Notes: generated by a model not told the origin, from the letters alone. Counted from the stretch's first letter, positions 13,345-27,700 are shown. The stretch is DNA of 39,522 nt from Jimgerdemannia flammicorona (GCA_003990765.1 RBNJ01000139.1:1-39522); one strand, 5' to 3'. Made by a program: numbers and translations.

Positions 13345-14699
13345 CGAGCTATCCACGTCAAACCCACAATATCAGCAGGCTGTGGTGCTTCGGGATTAAA
13401 AGGTGAAGAATTGCATCTTGACAACATAACTACACAATCGACAATGAAGATCGGGAGAAAAGGAATGATGCAAAGGCCTTGATGAGATTTTGCAAAGAAT
13501 GCCAGATTCTTACAACATTGAGGTTGGGCTGGCCTCACAAAATTGGTAGAGTTGGATGGCTTGACCCCGTGCTGCAAAGATGGTACCATCTCATCGATTA
13601 GGTGTTGTATAACGTCGATTGGCATACGATGCAAAATCTCAAAGGCCTAAGGGTGAACACAGGCAAAGAGATTTTAAGCACAGAATAGTTTCAATAAAAA
13701 TATTGGCTTCCAGATATTGTTGGAGACCACATCTTAATTTAATGATGTGGTGTCATAATTTGACAGAATTGAATAAAAATCCTCTTTTAAAAATATATAT
13801 TAGTAATTAATGAAAATTCTAAGTTTATAGAATTATACTTAATCAATCAAAGAATATATGCTATCGTTTTTATGATATATTTTTTTCCTTATAATGTTCC
13901 ATGATATTTAATTTGGTGAAGCGACCAATGGACAGCTATGAATCAATGCCTGTGAGGTAACCTTAAATAGATATAGGTTGAACAACACACCAAAAATAAT
14001 ATGGTCGCCTTTATGCATTTTACTCAGACATCTTTTGTATTCGCACATGAACCGAATTTATGGATCTTGGAAGGTCTACATTGTCATTTCGTGACAAGCT
14101 CAGGAGGTAAAAAACCACCAATCAATCAGCATTGATCTCTATCATGAGCATCATTCTCTGGAACAACAGGAACATGCAATTGCTACATCTACACATATCA
14201 TTACGGAGGTCACGGCATTACTGAGTAGTTTTGAACATATAGTAGTGCAGGTGCGCTCTCGGCAGAGGCCTCAGCGGATCGGCGGGGAAGGAATCTCGAG
14301 ATAGCGATTTCAACTTGGTGTAGGAAAAAGAAAGGAGCATCTGATATATAGGCACGGTCCATCCTTGCCATCATTCTTTCACTGGGCACTGTTCACTTTT
14401 GACATCAAAACCTTTCACTGATCTAACACATAAAGATGAAACACAATAGTTATGTAGGTTCTTATTTCCAAAAAGTAGTGCTCAGAACGGGATGGGATGC
14501 AAGACCGAGACATGATCTACCACATTTAATATCAAAGGGCAATGATTTGCTGTTTTGCCAACATTCTGGTATTACAGTTTATTTTCAATGACTACATTTT
14601 AGGGTAATGAGTGAAGCTCTTTTCTCAGTTGATATATATTCTGCCCACCATAAATCCTCCATCTTCTGTCACTATTTATTCCTCCACAGGTAAGATTTA

Positions 14700-16240
14700 T
14701 TTGTCTGCAGCCTTTGGCTTATTGCCCGGAAAACCACCTGCTTGCAAATAAAGGAGCAAGATATTCATTATGTATAAGTCAGGTAGGACTTTCAGATGGA
14801 AATACATAGATATAAAGACAGTACTGGGATATAAATATACAAATGATAATATACCTCAGAAGATTATTGCTCACAGGTTTTCCAACTCAGTCTTTGTATA
14901 ATACTTACTGATGGATCCATTGACAAATCTGAACTTGGATTCAGAGATGGACTCAGATCCAGAGGTGATCTCAGCTTGAAGTTTCTCAAGATATACCATA
15001 GATTCAGAGATGTTATCTAGCTATTCCTCACTAGCAATATCTGTCTCTATACTTTCAAGATCTTCAATACCATGTCAATGGTGAGTTGTATTTCAGGGAC
15101 AAGTTTCCAGTATCTTTTGTAAATGTTAGAATATTTGGATGTTGTTCCAGGGATGAGTTCCTCATATAATCCAGGGGAAGTCACATTGAGTAGATGTAAT
15201 ACAGTTCCATGAGGGTGGCACCTTACTGTAAGTTACTATAGAAGTATTCTAAGGTAATATATGTCAGATTTTTTATGCATAGTGAATTTTCCTTAAATAC
15301 TTCAGGTGGAAAATATTCCACCTGGTTATAAATTTGGCTGCATTGCTTATATCAACATCAATAATCATGGGGTTAATATTGGGTTTATCTAAGAATATAA
15401 TGTTTCTCAGATATAAGTTATTGTGGATATGAATCACTTGTAACTAGCAAGTGATATCTATAGTAATCTGCTATATATTCAATCAAAAACTTAGTAGAGA
15501 CTTAGTAAGAAGTTGTATAAGATTACTGCCAGTAGTATATTTCAATACTATAATATAGCAACTAGTCATATCATCTATTAATAATCTTATAATGGCTGGT
15601 GTTAATACTCTATAATATTTGGAGGGTTGAAAATAAAAGTTGAGTAGTATCTATATAATAAGTAGAGCAGGAGTATCTAATAAGAGTTAGTTATAAAAAG
15701 AATATAAAGACCAATTTCTGTAGATATAAGAGAGTAAATTGCAATAATCTTATTCTAGAGTTGATTTATTGTTAAATAATCATTTTCTTTCAATACCTTC
15801 AATACAATAATTTTTTTTTCTTTCCAATTATCACTCACTTTGGTTTTATATATAATGCTAAATCTATCTTCACCTAGCTTCTCAACTAGGCTAAATTTAC
15901 AATAAGGTATCCAAGTCATACAAACTTCAAGTTTGATGATTTGAAGCTTTATTAGACACTTTATAAGCTTCTTGTCATCACTGTAGAAGCCAGATTTAAA
16001 CTTTAACATAACTCTGATATCAGAATTTTCAATTATATCTATAATATGAATAAGTTGTAATAGGCTTAATACTATTTTGTAAAGTATAGCCAGTTATGAG
16101 CTAAGTGTCTTTGCTTAAGTAGTAATGGACAATTGGTAAAGTTCTTACATATTATTGAGAGAGGGTTTGATCTTGATGAAGTTTATATTTTACTTCAGAA
16201 AATCAGCAATAATACCCAATGTCTTATTACTGATAACATT
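14700..16240 (-). pseudogene. Degenerate TKL-like protein kinase, the C-terminal part of the LRR-kinase gene
   Basis: MTWIPY..LGEDRFSIIYK..IVLKVL (subdomains I-II); IHNNLYLRNI (HRDLH.GNI-like); IIDVDIS (DFG position); YFPPEV..SDIY; GLYEELIPGTTSKY..YWKLVP. Many stops and frameshifts. Confidence 0.8.
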
Positions 16241-18025
16241 ATCTGATGAATAGTAGATAGATAAGTAAACATATATAGGTGGTAAGCTAGTATCTATTAT
16301 ATAACAGCAAACAGTAGTTCACATAGTTCAAACATACTTTATAGTCATGATCATGTTCTTGTGTTGTCTAAAGACAACAGAGAATAGATGCATAAATATC
16401 CAGAGGTAATGAACCAGTACTCATTATATAGCTACAAATAGCAGTTTACAAAATTCAAATATACTTTAGAGATTTAGTATAGTCACAGTTATGTTCTGCT
16501 TCTCTATCAGTATATATGCTCTTCTTTGGCCCATTACATTATCTAAAGGTAAACAAACACACATAGGTAGTGAGTTGGTATTCATTATATAGCTATAAAT
16601 AGCAGTTAATAGAGCTGAAACATACAATCAAGATCCAGAATAGGTATAGTCATGTTCTGCTTCAAAGACTTGATCAGTATGCAGTACATGTGCTCTCTTA
16701 TAGCCAATTCCATTATATGAAGATAAATGGAGGATAGATGAGAAAATGCATATGAGTAACTATCACACAGTAGCAAATAGTAGTTCATATAGTTCAAACA
16801 TATATCAGAGATTCGGTATAGTTATGGTCATGTTCTGTTTCAGAGACTTGGCCAGTATATATGTATACTCTCTTATTACCAATTTCATTATCTAAAGATG
16901 AACAGAGGATATATAAATAAATATGCACTGATAAACTGATATCTATTATATGGCTGCAAACAGCACTTTACAAAGTTCAAATATACTTTAGAGATTTAAT
17001 ATCATTACAGTCATGTTTTGCTTCAGAGACTCTGTCAGTATACATACCTCTTCTTGGCTAATTACATTGTCTAAAGATGAACAAAAAAAAGGATGAATAA
17101 ACATGCACAGGTGGCAAGTTAGTACTTATTACATATATAGCTATAAATAGTAATTTTAATGGAGTTGAAATATATAATCAAGATCCAGAGTAGCTATAGT
17201 CATATTTTACTTCAGAGGCTTGATCAGTATATATGCTCTCTTATGGTCAATTTTATTGTCTAAAGATGAACAGAAAATGAATGGACAAATGCACAGGTAA
17301 CCATCACTCAGCAGCAAACAGCAGTTCATATAGTTCAAATATATATCAAGATTCAGCATAGTTATGGTCATATTCTGCTTCAGAGGCTTAGTCAGCATAT
17401 ATCTGATTTTATTATCTAAAGATAGACAGAGGATGGATGAATAAATATGTATAGATAATGAACTAGTATCTATTATGCAATAAATAGCAGTTTACAAAGT
17501 TCAAAAATATATTGGAGATTTAGCATCACTATGGTTACATTCTTCTTCTGAGACTTGGCCAATATATACTCCTTCTTGGCCAATTACATTGTCTGAAAAT
17601 GAACAAAAAAAGGATGCACAGATAGTAAGTTAGTACTCATCATATAGCTATAAACCACAGTTGCTAGAGTTAAAACATATAATCAAGATCCAGATTATAT
17701 TCTACTTTAGAGACTTGGCCAGTATGTGTGATCTCTCTTGACCAATTCCATTGTCTAAAGATGAATAGAGGATAGATGGGCAAACATATACAGGTAACCA
17801 TCATATAGCAGTAAACAGCAGTTTATAAAGTTCAAATATATATTAGAGATTTAGTATAATTATAGTTGTGTTCTACTTCAGAGACTTGGCCAGTATATAT
17901 ACTCCTTTATAGCTAATTCAATTATCTAAAGATGAATAAAGGACAGATGAACAAATATATATAAGTAGTGAGCTGGTACCCATCATGTAGCTGTAAATAG
18001 CAGTTTGTATAGTTTCAACATATTA
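16240..18025 (-). repeat. Tandem array of ~11 exon+intron units (~170 bp), each exon one 28-aa RI-like/NLRC3-like LRR
   Basis: Acceptor TCTTTAG-like sites near 16243, 16368, 16543, 16716, 16892, 17071, 17260, 17416, 17593, 17755 and 17926. Exon 17070-16987 is exactly 84 nt between AG and GT and encodes NVISQEEVCILTESLKQNMTVMILNL; consensus N.I...G...LA.SLKQN.T...LNL. Confidence 0.85.
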
Positions 18026-19453
18026 TAATATATCAGCTCAATAGAGGCAAATTATAAGGTTTAAGCAGCTATATAGATTGGCTTGAGCCCTTAGTTACTT
18101 TGTTAAAAAGCAACAAAATGTTCAGTTGGTCTCTAAAAGTGTGAGTTCTTCTGTTAGTATAATGTGAATGATTTTGGTAATTTCCTTAATAGGTATAAAT
18201 CTGTATAATATAGTAAATCGGTAGATTTCTTTAAGTAGTAGCTAAGTTCTTTAGGCTTCATCTGGCAAGTGGACCAAAATGTGATAAATATCTCAAAGTT
18301 CTTTAGGCTTAATCTGGTAAGCAGACCAAAATTGATAGACTTCTTTATATCAGAAAGTAGACTAGAGTAGAAAAGAGAATAAAACTTACAATTTTCTTAA
18401 TAGTAGTTTTAGAGTAGGTATTTCTCCTAAGTATTGCAATCTTTTTCTTAAATTAAGTAACTCTTAGTAAGTATATATATCTCTCAAAGTATATTATAAG
18501 TAAACCTATCTTTTGTTTTTTTCTTTAACTTTTCAGATTGAGATTTATTCACTCAAATCTCTGAGATATTTTATATAAGTATGATTGCTACATATCTATA
18601 ATCTTCTTGGCTTTCTAGTCTGCTTAGTTCTGGAATAAAATATAAAATAAATATATTTATTATTTAATATAGAATAAATATTTTTAATCTTCATATCTAA
18701 TCAAAGGCACTCATTGGGTCTTCATTATATTTGCATATACTAGTGAAATTGAGAATTGTTCTGATATATGATTCTTCTTTCCTTTCTTACTCCAAGTTAT
18801 TTGAGAACTCTGAAAATATTTTAATAATGATTTTTAGCTACTAAATATATATTCATTTAATTTTAATTTGCATATTATATATATATATATAACTACTTAT
18901 ATATATTGAATCTGAACTCTCAGGCTCATTATCATAATAGTGCCCAGTATTCATTTCTTGACTATGATAAGGAGTAGTAGTAGTGGGAGATGCTATTATA
19001 GTATGTAGTAAGAGTTGTTGCAATTGACTTAAGATTTCTGAACCTATTGTCACATAGTGGTCGCTGAGTTCTTCAAATATGTCAGATTCTCTTCAAGGTG
19101 TATCTCTTAGACTAACTCAAGTTTGTTATAAGCAAGGTCTTATTGGAGTACCTTCCCAAGGTCTTATAGTCCTCAAACTTCTTATCTTTAAACTGTCTTG
19201 TTATCTCTTAGATTGCTTACAAGGAAGTATATATATTGTACTGAGAAGACTGACTTTATTTCAGAGGAAATAAGAGGGGTATTTATACAAAATATAATTT
19301 AATAGTTGCTAAGATATAAAGCTAAATATAAATTCCAATAACTAAAACTACTAAGTTCCAGGGCTGGTACTGATGATTGTACAGGTTCAGGATGCTGGCA
19401 TTATTTAGTATCACATCAAAATGCTGGTACTGGAACAATTTTGCATTACCTCA

Positions 19454-19549
19454 GAATACCAGTGCTGGCATTATCCAGTGTTATATGAGAATACCAGTGC
19501 TGGCATTATCCAGTGTTATATGAGAATACCAGTGCTGGCATTATCCAGT
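19454..19549 (+). repeat. 35-bp tandem repeat inside the gypsy A LTR
   Basis: GAATACCAGTGCTGGCATTATCCAGTGTTATATGA x2 plus a partial third copy; the sister LTR (~32834-32893) has one unit fewer. Confidence 0.85.
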
Positions 19550-19875
19550 ATAATAAAGAACTTTAGAGCAGAAAGTTCAGGATCATAGAGGCTTCATCAT
19601 CATCATTACTGAAGGAGATGAGATCTGCGAACTTGTCATGTAAGTCACACGTTTCGTGTATGTCATACAGGATAATGTCATCACATTCAGCTGTGGTGGG
19701 AAAATCAGGAACAAGGAGATCTAGAGCTCTCCAGTCTATGAGGTTCTCTTCCACAAAATAGAGAACAAATATGAAGTCTTGGAGAGGTCTAACCTGGATG
19801 CTTGGGCCTTGGAATACTGAGATCAATCCTTGCAGGAATTGGTCTGGGTTGTTCTGAAGGATAGAATGCCAGAAG

Positions 19876-22800
19876 TGTTGAGATTATAGGTTACAACTCG
19901 ATATAGCACTTGATATAGATAATTTGTGGCATAGTAGAGTTGAGGTGACATTATCAATAATTGTGTAAAAGCACATAACATTAGGTGATCAATAAACATT
20001 CTTCTTCTCCCATTCTTCCTATTCCTCCTGAGTTCACAACAAAGGTTATAAGCCCTGCTAGCGAAAGTGGATAATATATACACCTCTTTAGTATACACTA
20101 CACTACAATGTACGAAGATGTCAAACTTAGGAAGTCCAAGCTCAAGTGCTGCGGTGCCAAGTCTGGCAAGTAACACAAGCAGAGCAGGTACTAGTGTGGG
20201 TACTACAGTCCCTCTGGTGGGTGCCCCAGTGATTACTCCAGTGGTAGCTATGACAACAAAAAGAATGATTCCTGTCTTCGACAGTAAGGATTATACCATA
20301 TAGGCATACCATATGAGGAACCTCTTGGAGGAATGTGGTCTAGAGGGCTACTGGAAGCTACAGGCTCAAGTAATGAGATACAATACAGCAAAGGATTGCA
20401 AGATGTTGAGGGAGATCACATTCACTCTATTGAATGAGTAAATGAAACTCATTATAAATGCTACGATAGCAAATGAAGCCTGGGAGACCCTACATGATCA
20501 TTATCAATAAGCATCCGTGTCCAACAGATTCCACCTGAAGGGACAGTTATTCAATCTATGGAAGAAGCCCAAGAAGAGTATTCAAGAGTATGCCAACTGT
20601 ATTAACGATCTGACAAATTAGGTGAATTCTCTTTCTATGCCAGTGGACCTCATCAGAGAGGAAGACAAGGTCCTGGCCCTTATACGAGGTCTTCCCAACA
20701 TGTTTAATGTGGTCATGTCCACTATGTGGGAATCTGATAAGCTCTCGGACTATAAGTACATCATCATGAGCCTATTAAATGATGAATCAAGGCAGAACAA
20801 TGGTGCAAATGAAGACTATGATGAGAAAGCGTTCTATGGCATGCATGGTTGAGACAAAGAAAAGCCAAGCAAAGGATAAGAACAACATAATGGTCAATAT
20901 GCCAAATTTGGCAGTAAGTGCTTCTACTGTAATAAGCCTGGACATTATGTCCAAGACTGCAATCTTAAGAAGAAAGAAAAGAGAGACCAATGTGGTCAAG
21001 CAAATGTCATGGACACCAACAATCAAGGTGGCAATGGAATGTTTTTCACAGAGACAGAGAGCTACCAATATGCTAATGTAAGCTATATATCTGATAGCAC
21101 TAATGTATGCAGCAAAGAAGTTTGACTCATGGATTCTGGTACAACACAACATATGACAGTGCACCGCGAATAGTTCTCTACGTACAAGAAGTTCAAGCAT
21201 CCCGTACCTATCAAGCTAGGTGACAACAATGTGATCTATGCTCAGGGCAAAGGAAATATTGGTATACATCTGCATGGAAAGGTCGAAGAACCCTCAGGCA
21301 CCTTTGCGAACATACTATATACTCTGGATATAGGCAAAAATCTCTTCTCAATAGGACGAATGATGGCCTGAGGAGACAAAGGAGTAAATATATGTCTGAA
21401 TAGAGTAATGGTAATCGATCTAAAGAATAATAAGGAATTAATGTATATATCGAAAAGAGGAAATCTTTATGCAATCGATGGTATGCCAAACAGTACATCA
21501 GCATATTCTGCAATGACAAATGACACCTGGCATATATGGCATGAATAATTAGGACACATTGGCCAGACAAGCTTAGAACAGATGATGAGGAATAGCTCAG
21601 TGAAAGGATTGCTGAACTGTACATCTCCGAACTTCTTTTGTGATGACTGCGTAGTGAATAAGGCTTCTCAGAAATCTTTTCAGGAATAGATGAAGTGAGC
21701 AAATGGTATACTCGACCTTATACATATGGACATTTGCAGTCCCATACATATGTTGTCACACTCCAGGAAGAAGAACTTCATTACTTTCATAGATGACTAC
21801 ACTCATAAGGCTCACATATACTTCCTCTCTACAAAGAGCAAAGTATTCAAGAAATTCAAAGAATTTAAGGCAAGCATGAAGAATGATACGAAATGTCAGA
21901 TAGGGATGCTACACTCGGATAATGGGATAGAATATGTAAATAAGTCCTTTAAATATTTTTTAAAAGAGTATAGAATATGACATATTAGAATGGCTCCCTA
22001 TATACTGCAACAAAATGGTATGGTGGAACAGTTCAATAGAACAATCATTGAGATGGCCTGAACAATGATGAATGCAGCTGGCCTGCTGCAATCCTTCTGA
22101 GCCAAAGCATTGAACATAGTGGTATATATACGTAATCGATTCATTTCTCAAGCCTTATGCAAAGAGAGTGACATACAGTCTAAGGATGATAACCTTATAC
22201 CTGAAGAACTGTGGAGTGGATCTAAGCCTGATGTCTCACACTTATGGATATTCAGAAGTGAGGCTTACATATTGGATAAAAGTAGAAATAGAGGAAAATT
22301 CGAGCCTAAGGCAGATAAGCATATATTCCTTGGATACAACAGATCAGCATATAGGTTGTGGAATATGTAAAAGCATGGTATAATCATCTCTCATGATGTT
22401 CAGTTCAAAGAGAAAGTAAAGGAAATTTGTGTGGAAATTTCTATACCCATAATCAATCCAATGGCAAGTGGAATTACGCCAATAGTGAGCGTGAATACTA
22501 CACCAATGATTCCAGTAATGGCAACACAACCAATGCCTACAAGATCAATAGTGCAAGCACCTACAAGACCCCCTGAACCGAGAATTACGGAGATTTCGGA
22601 TAATGAAGAGGACATCTCTCTGAAGGGTAAGAAAAAGCACAAATCTGGGATGGATAACGAAGTCCAAGTAGATCTGGGAAATTACTGGGATCCACCCAAG
22701 TTATCTTGTCACAAGCAATATCATATGAACTATGCCTGCGAATGCACTTACATAGCAATGATCAGTGAGCCGGTACACTACAATGAAGCCATTCATTCGA

Positions 22801-24790
22801 GCAATAAAAAGGAGTGGAAAAAGGCTATGAATGAGAAGTATAACTCACTCATTGAGAATGACACATGGGACTTGGTCCCTCTTCTGGCAAATTGACAAGC
22901 CATAGGATCCCAATGGGTGTATAAAATCAAGTGCGATAGCAACAGCAGCATAGAATGATACAAGGCCTGATTCATGGCAAAAGAGTATTCACAAGACTTT
23001 GGAGTCGACTACAATGAGATATTTTTCCTGGTATTCAAGCTTACTTCACTTAGAATACTTCTTGCGATCAGAGCCAAGTATGATTATGAGATACATCAAA
23101 TAAATGTTAAGACAGCCTTTCTAAATGGAGATGTGGATACTGAACTATATGTTCTTCAACCACAAGGATACAAACTCTATGACAATGAGAAGGAGTTAGT
23201 ATGCAGACTATGCAAAGGCCTCTATGGTATAAAACAGGCGGTAAGGCTATGGAATCGAAAGATCGACAATTATTTTATAGAAGAGAACAGGTTCAAATGA
23301 TGTAAAGCAGATCTATATATATATACTCATCATACATCCTCAGGATGGTATACCTGGAAATTTGGGTTGACGATATCATTCTGGTCAGGATGACAAGTGA
23401 GATCAATAAAGTAAAGGTAGTATTACACAAGAAGTTCAAGATGACAGATATGGGTGATACGTCTTTCCTTTTGGGGATATCCATCATACATGACAAGAGT
23501 ACATATACTATATACTTAAGCTAAGAAGCCTACATTCAGACAATACTCAAGCGATTTGGCATAAGCGAGTACAAGCCAGTCAGAACACCAATGGAGACAT
23601 CTGTAAGACTAAAGAAGTCCAATACACCTGATGATAATGACATTCCCTATTGATAAGTGGTGGGATCTCTTATATATCTAATGCTTGGGATGAGATCCAA
23701 CCTATCACATGCAATTAACAAGGTGGCACAATATACATCATGCTATGACAACTCACATTGGATGGCAATCAAGCGCATATTCAGATATATACATTAAAGG
23801 TACAAAGAGCTATACGCTCAATTTGGATGATAAAGGAGTTAAAAGATTAAGCGAGAGTACTGTTACAGTAAGCCTTTCTGGTGTGTGTGATACTGATTGG
23901 GCTGGGGACTTAGATGACAGAAGGTCTACAATAGGATACTTCTTCTATCTTGATGATGGTAGAGCCATTTCATAGCAAACTCATAAGCAATCATCAGTGG
24001 CAACATTGTCTATACAAGCAGAATATCAAGCATTATCAACAGTGATAAAGGAGGCTATCTGGCTTTGTGAACTGCTAAAGGATCTGGGATTCCCTCAAGA
24101 ATCTATAACTATATGACAGGATAACCAATCCACCATTGCTTTGGCAAAGAATCCTATACATCATGCAAGGACTAAGCATATCAATATACAGCACCATTAT
24201 ATACGAGAATGCATTGAAAATGAGGCTATATACCTGTTATACATCCCTATGGAGCAAATGGCAGTAGATTTGCTAACGAAGGCCCTTCCAAAGGCAAAGT
24301 TTGATTTTTGCATACAAGAAATAGGTATAATGATGAGTGATAAGCAAATAATGGCGAATGATAGATAAAAATAAATATTATGGTGAAATGATAGGTAGAA
24401 TGAGTGTTATGGCAAATATTTGTGATGGAAACCTATAACATTGCTCAGGATTTCCATTTTTTCACTACTTCTCTTACCTATTTTTATGTTTATAAGTAGG
24501 GAATTTTGAACTTTTTTGGTCATCTAGATAGTATCTCATTGGTAATGTTTTGTTTTCTACTTAACTTAGCTAGAGATTGATCAGTTTTATTTATATTTGT
24601 ATTCTTTATCTCGTTGAGTGGGAGTGTTGAGATTATAGGTTACAACTCAATATAGCACTCAATATAGATAATTTGTAGCACAGTGGTATTGGGGTAACAT
24701 CATCAATAATTGCATAAAAGCACATAACATTAGGTGATCAATAAACATTCTTCTTCTCCCATCCTTCCTATTTCTCCTGAGTTCACAACA
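19876..24790 (+). mobile_element. Full-length degenerate Ty1/copia retrotransposon with a Ty5/Hemivirus-type PBS
   Basis: 166-bp LTRs TGTTGAG...CACAACA at 19876-20041 and 24625-24790. TSD AGAAG/AAAAG; the empty site in the sister LTR (~33216) has a single AGAAG. PBS GGTTATAAGCCCT; PPT GAGTGGGAG; gag CFYCNKPGHYVQDC; PR MDSGTTQHM; IN DLIHMDIC; RT KTAFLNG and WVDD; RH DTDWAGDLDDRRST. Confidence 0.95.
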
Positions 24791-27700
24791 AAAAGTCTTC
24801 TACTTCTTCACTATTAAGAGTGATAGTGGACTGGGCTTCTGTAGCCACCCTGGCTTCTAGTGCATTAATATGGCGGGATGATAGATCTCTGAAGTCTGAG
24901 ACTCTGATATACTCTAAGTTGGGGATCGACCATGGTGCATACCTGAAGATCTGATGAATCTTCTTAGCTATCCTCATTTCACATATATCCATAGGAGTGG
25001 CATCTTGTAGCTCTTGGGTACTGGCCTGTGGGAACTCTTGGCAGAGGAGGTTTCTTATTTCATACTCCTGCCACATTTGGAGGCATTTGGTAGCAATAGT
25101 AATCCTTGTTTCCATTTCATAGTGGTAGAGAATGAAGTAATAAGGGTCTGCAGTACTCAGGTTGACACTAGGAGTCCTTCTTGAGCAGGTCCCCATGGCT
25201 CTTCTGATGTCTTGAAATATTCTTTCCTTGACCGAGATACCTTGGTGATTCCTTGACCTTGAGGTTTGACAGACAGCAGGTATTTCATTTGTGGTAAGTC
25301 TTTGAGCTATTTTGGAATTGATGGTTCTTGTTAGTTACTGCTACTGCAGTTCCTTGATCCTTCTTTTATATTCTTCAGGATGCTTATACTGTGGTTACAA
25401 TGACTCATAGTTGGTCATCATTACTCATCTTGTATGCCATATGATCTTCTTGTGCTCTGATCTGGTGGCTTGTAAGGAAAGGCTGTCTCCTGTGCTGATG
25501 TCATCATTCTGGGGTCACTATTACATCTTCTTCCTGAATAAGGATCTTCCTGAGCATCCTTATTCATTGGTCCAGTTCTGAAAAATTTTCTGATCTCATA
25601 ACCTCTGGCAAGGGGTCAAAAAGTGGTATTTATGGGCTGGCATCTTCTCTTTGTATTTTGGCATGATGGTGAAGAGTTGCTCCCTTCATATAGAGTAAGG
25701 GCCTGATTCTGATCTTGACCAATCAGTTGATGGTTCGAACTCCTCTGACTTCGAAAGTCTCACAGATGAGTAGTTGCCAGTACTGTATCCTTTAGAGAAT
25801 GGTCCAGACAGATAGCCTGCTGGTCATGGGACATGCTGTTACAATTCACAGACTAGAACCTTATGGGTGGTCATCACATTTTGCTTCTCTTGTATAGGTT
25901 TGTGGTACTTCTTGAGTCTGTTCCTATATACCATGGTAGGCTGTATGGTCCCTGAGATTTTTCTAAGCCAGAAGGTAGTTCCCTTGATATCTTGTACATA
26001 GAAGGGTCCTTCCCATTTGGGCTCCAGTTTTCGCGACCATGAGGCTTCTACCATATTTCAATACAGTAGAACCTTTTCTCTGATTTGGATGGGTTCTAGG
26101 GCCTTGTGATTCTTTTCCATATTCTTTCTTGTCAGCACTTATAACTTGGTGATGTAATCTTCAGCCTTCTTCCTGATTTGGTATAGTCTCCAGATTTCTG
26201 CATCAACTCATCTCCAAGTTAGGTCTAGATTTGTAGCTGAGGTTCCATCAGAATCTTCTTCTCTGAAGAGCAGCTCTCTTGGGGTAAAATGTATGCTCTG
26301 TGACTGTATGTCTCATAGGACAGAGAGGGTGGTTGGGAGATGGTTATCCCAATTCTCATATGTCTCTGAGATCTTCACTAAGATGTTCTTGAGAGTCTTG
26401 TTGGTTCTCTCTGTCTGTCTATTTCCTTAAAGGTGGTACATGGTGGTCTTGATGTGCTGGATCTTGTATTTCTGATACATTATCTCATGAAATCCATTGA
26501 CAAATTCTGTGCCATGGTCTGTTGTGATTTGCTTTGGTGTCTTGTAGCAGCAGATGATTTCTCAATATAGGAAGTCAGCTATAGAGAGGGCATTGGCTTC
26601 TTATAATGCTCCTACCTCTATCCATTTAGTGAAGAGGTCTACAATAACTATAATATAGTGGTTTCCTGATAGTATTACTGGTAGTAGTCCAATAATATCT
26701 ATTGCAATGTGGTGGAAGGGGATAGACTCAATTCTTGATGACCCAGGTGCCTGGTCTTGCTGATCTTGTTTCTGTTTTTGGCACTTGTCACACCCTTTGA
26801 CAAATTGGCACAGGTCTTCTTCCATCTTGGGCCACTACATGGTTCTTCTTGCCTTATCATATGTATTGGTTCCTCCTAAGTGTCCTTGCTCATGTACTTC
26901 CTTCATTACTTGATACTTCTTGTGTTCGGGTATTACTAGCTTTCCTCCTTTTCTGAGTGTGGTGTTGTCTAATTCAAACTGTTTCCAAGTCCAGTTGATA
27001 ATAGTGATTGTCCAGGGTTTGAGGTGGTTGGGCATCTTCTGCTGCCCAAGGTAGCTAATTAATCCATAGTATAGCTCCTTATTCATATTGAATAATCTTG
27101 ATGAGGATGTTTTGGAGTGTCCTTGAGAGTGCATCAGCATTGGTGTTGGTCTTTTCTGAGCAGTACTTGATAGTACAGTTATACTCTTATAGCCTGTAGA
27201 TCCATCTGGTATATATTCCTTTGGGGTTCAGAGTGTTGAATAGTCAGGTAAGAGCAGAATGGTCTGTTTGAATGGTGAAGTGTTTCTTGGCTAGGTAGTA
27301 GTGGAACTTGTCTACTGCCCAAACTACTGCTAAGCATTCAAGCTTGCATGACTCATAGTTCTGTTCTGCTCTGCAGGTACCTCAGCTTGCATAGGAGATA
27401 ACATATTCATGTCTATCTTTCTTCTGAGCTAGGACTGCTCCAAGTCCTATAGTACTCGCATCTATCTGCAGGATGAATTCTAGGTTCCAGTCTGGTCTTC
27501 TGAGGATGGATGCTTGGGTCAATCTGATCTTGAGTTCATTGAAGGTTTCTTAGTATTCCTTGGTCCATTCAAATTTGGTCTCCTTCTTCAGTAGCTTGTA
27601 GATAGGTGCTACAATGTTAGAGTATTCTTTGATGAATCTTCTATAGTAGCTGGCCAGTCCAAGGAAGTCATAGACTTCTGTAGTTGTTCTGGGTCTTGGG

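Larger units (their letters stand above)
19048..25525 (-). repeat. 3' LTR of gypsy A, split by the copia insertion at 19876-24790
   Basis: TGTCAC...TTACA ends; removing the copia element restores colinearity with 32429-33950. Confidence 0.9.

Noticed and set aside
12650-13634. Possible gene fragments, including a VTTGFDA motif reminiscent of flavin monooxygenases
   Set aside because: Single weak motif, multiple stops, and no consistent exon model.
16240-18025. Non-coding satellite or CRISPR-like array
   Set aside because: Units are homologous throughout with no unique spacers, and they resolve into splice-bounded 84-nt LRR exons; the context is eukaryotic with no cas genes.
25839-26054. Chromodomain at the integrase C-terminus
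   Set aside because: Only a GPF-type motif is visible; no chromodomain pattern follows.
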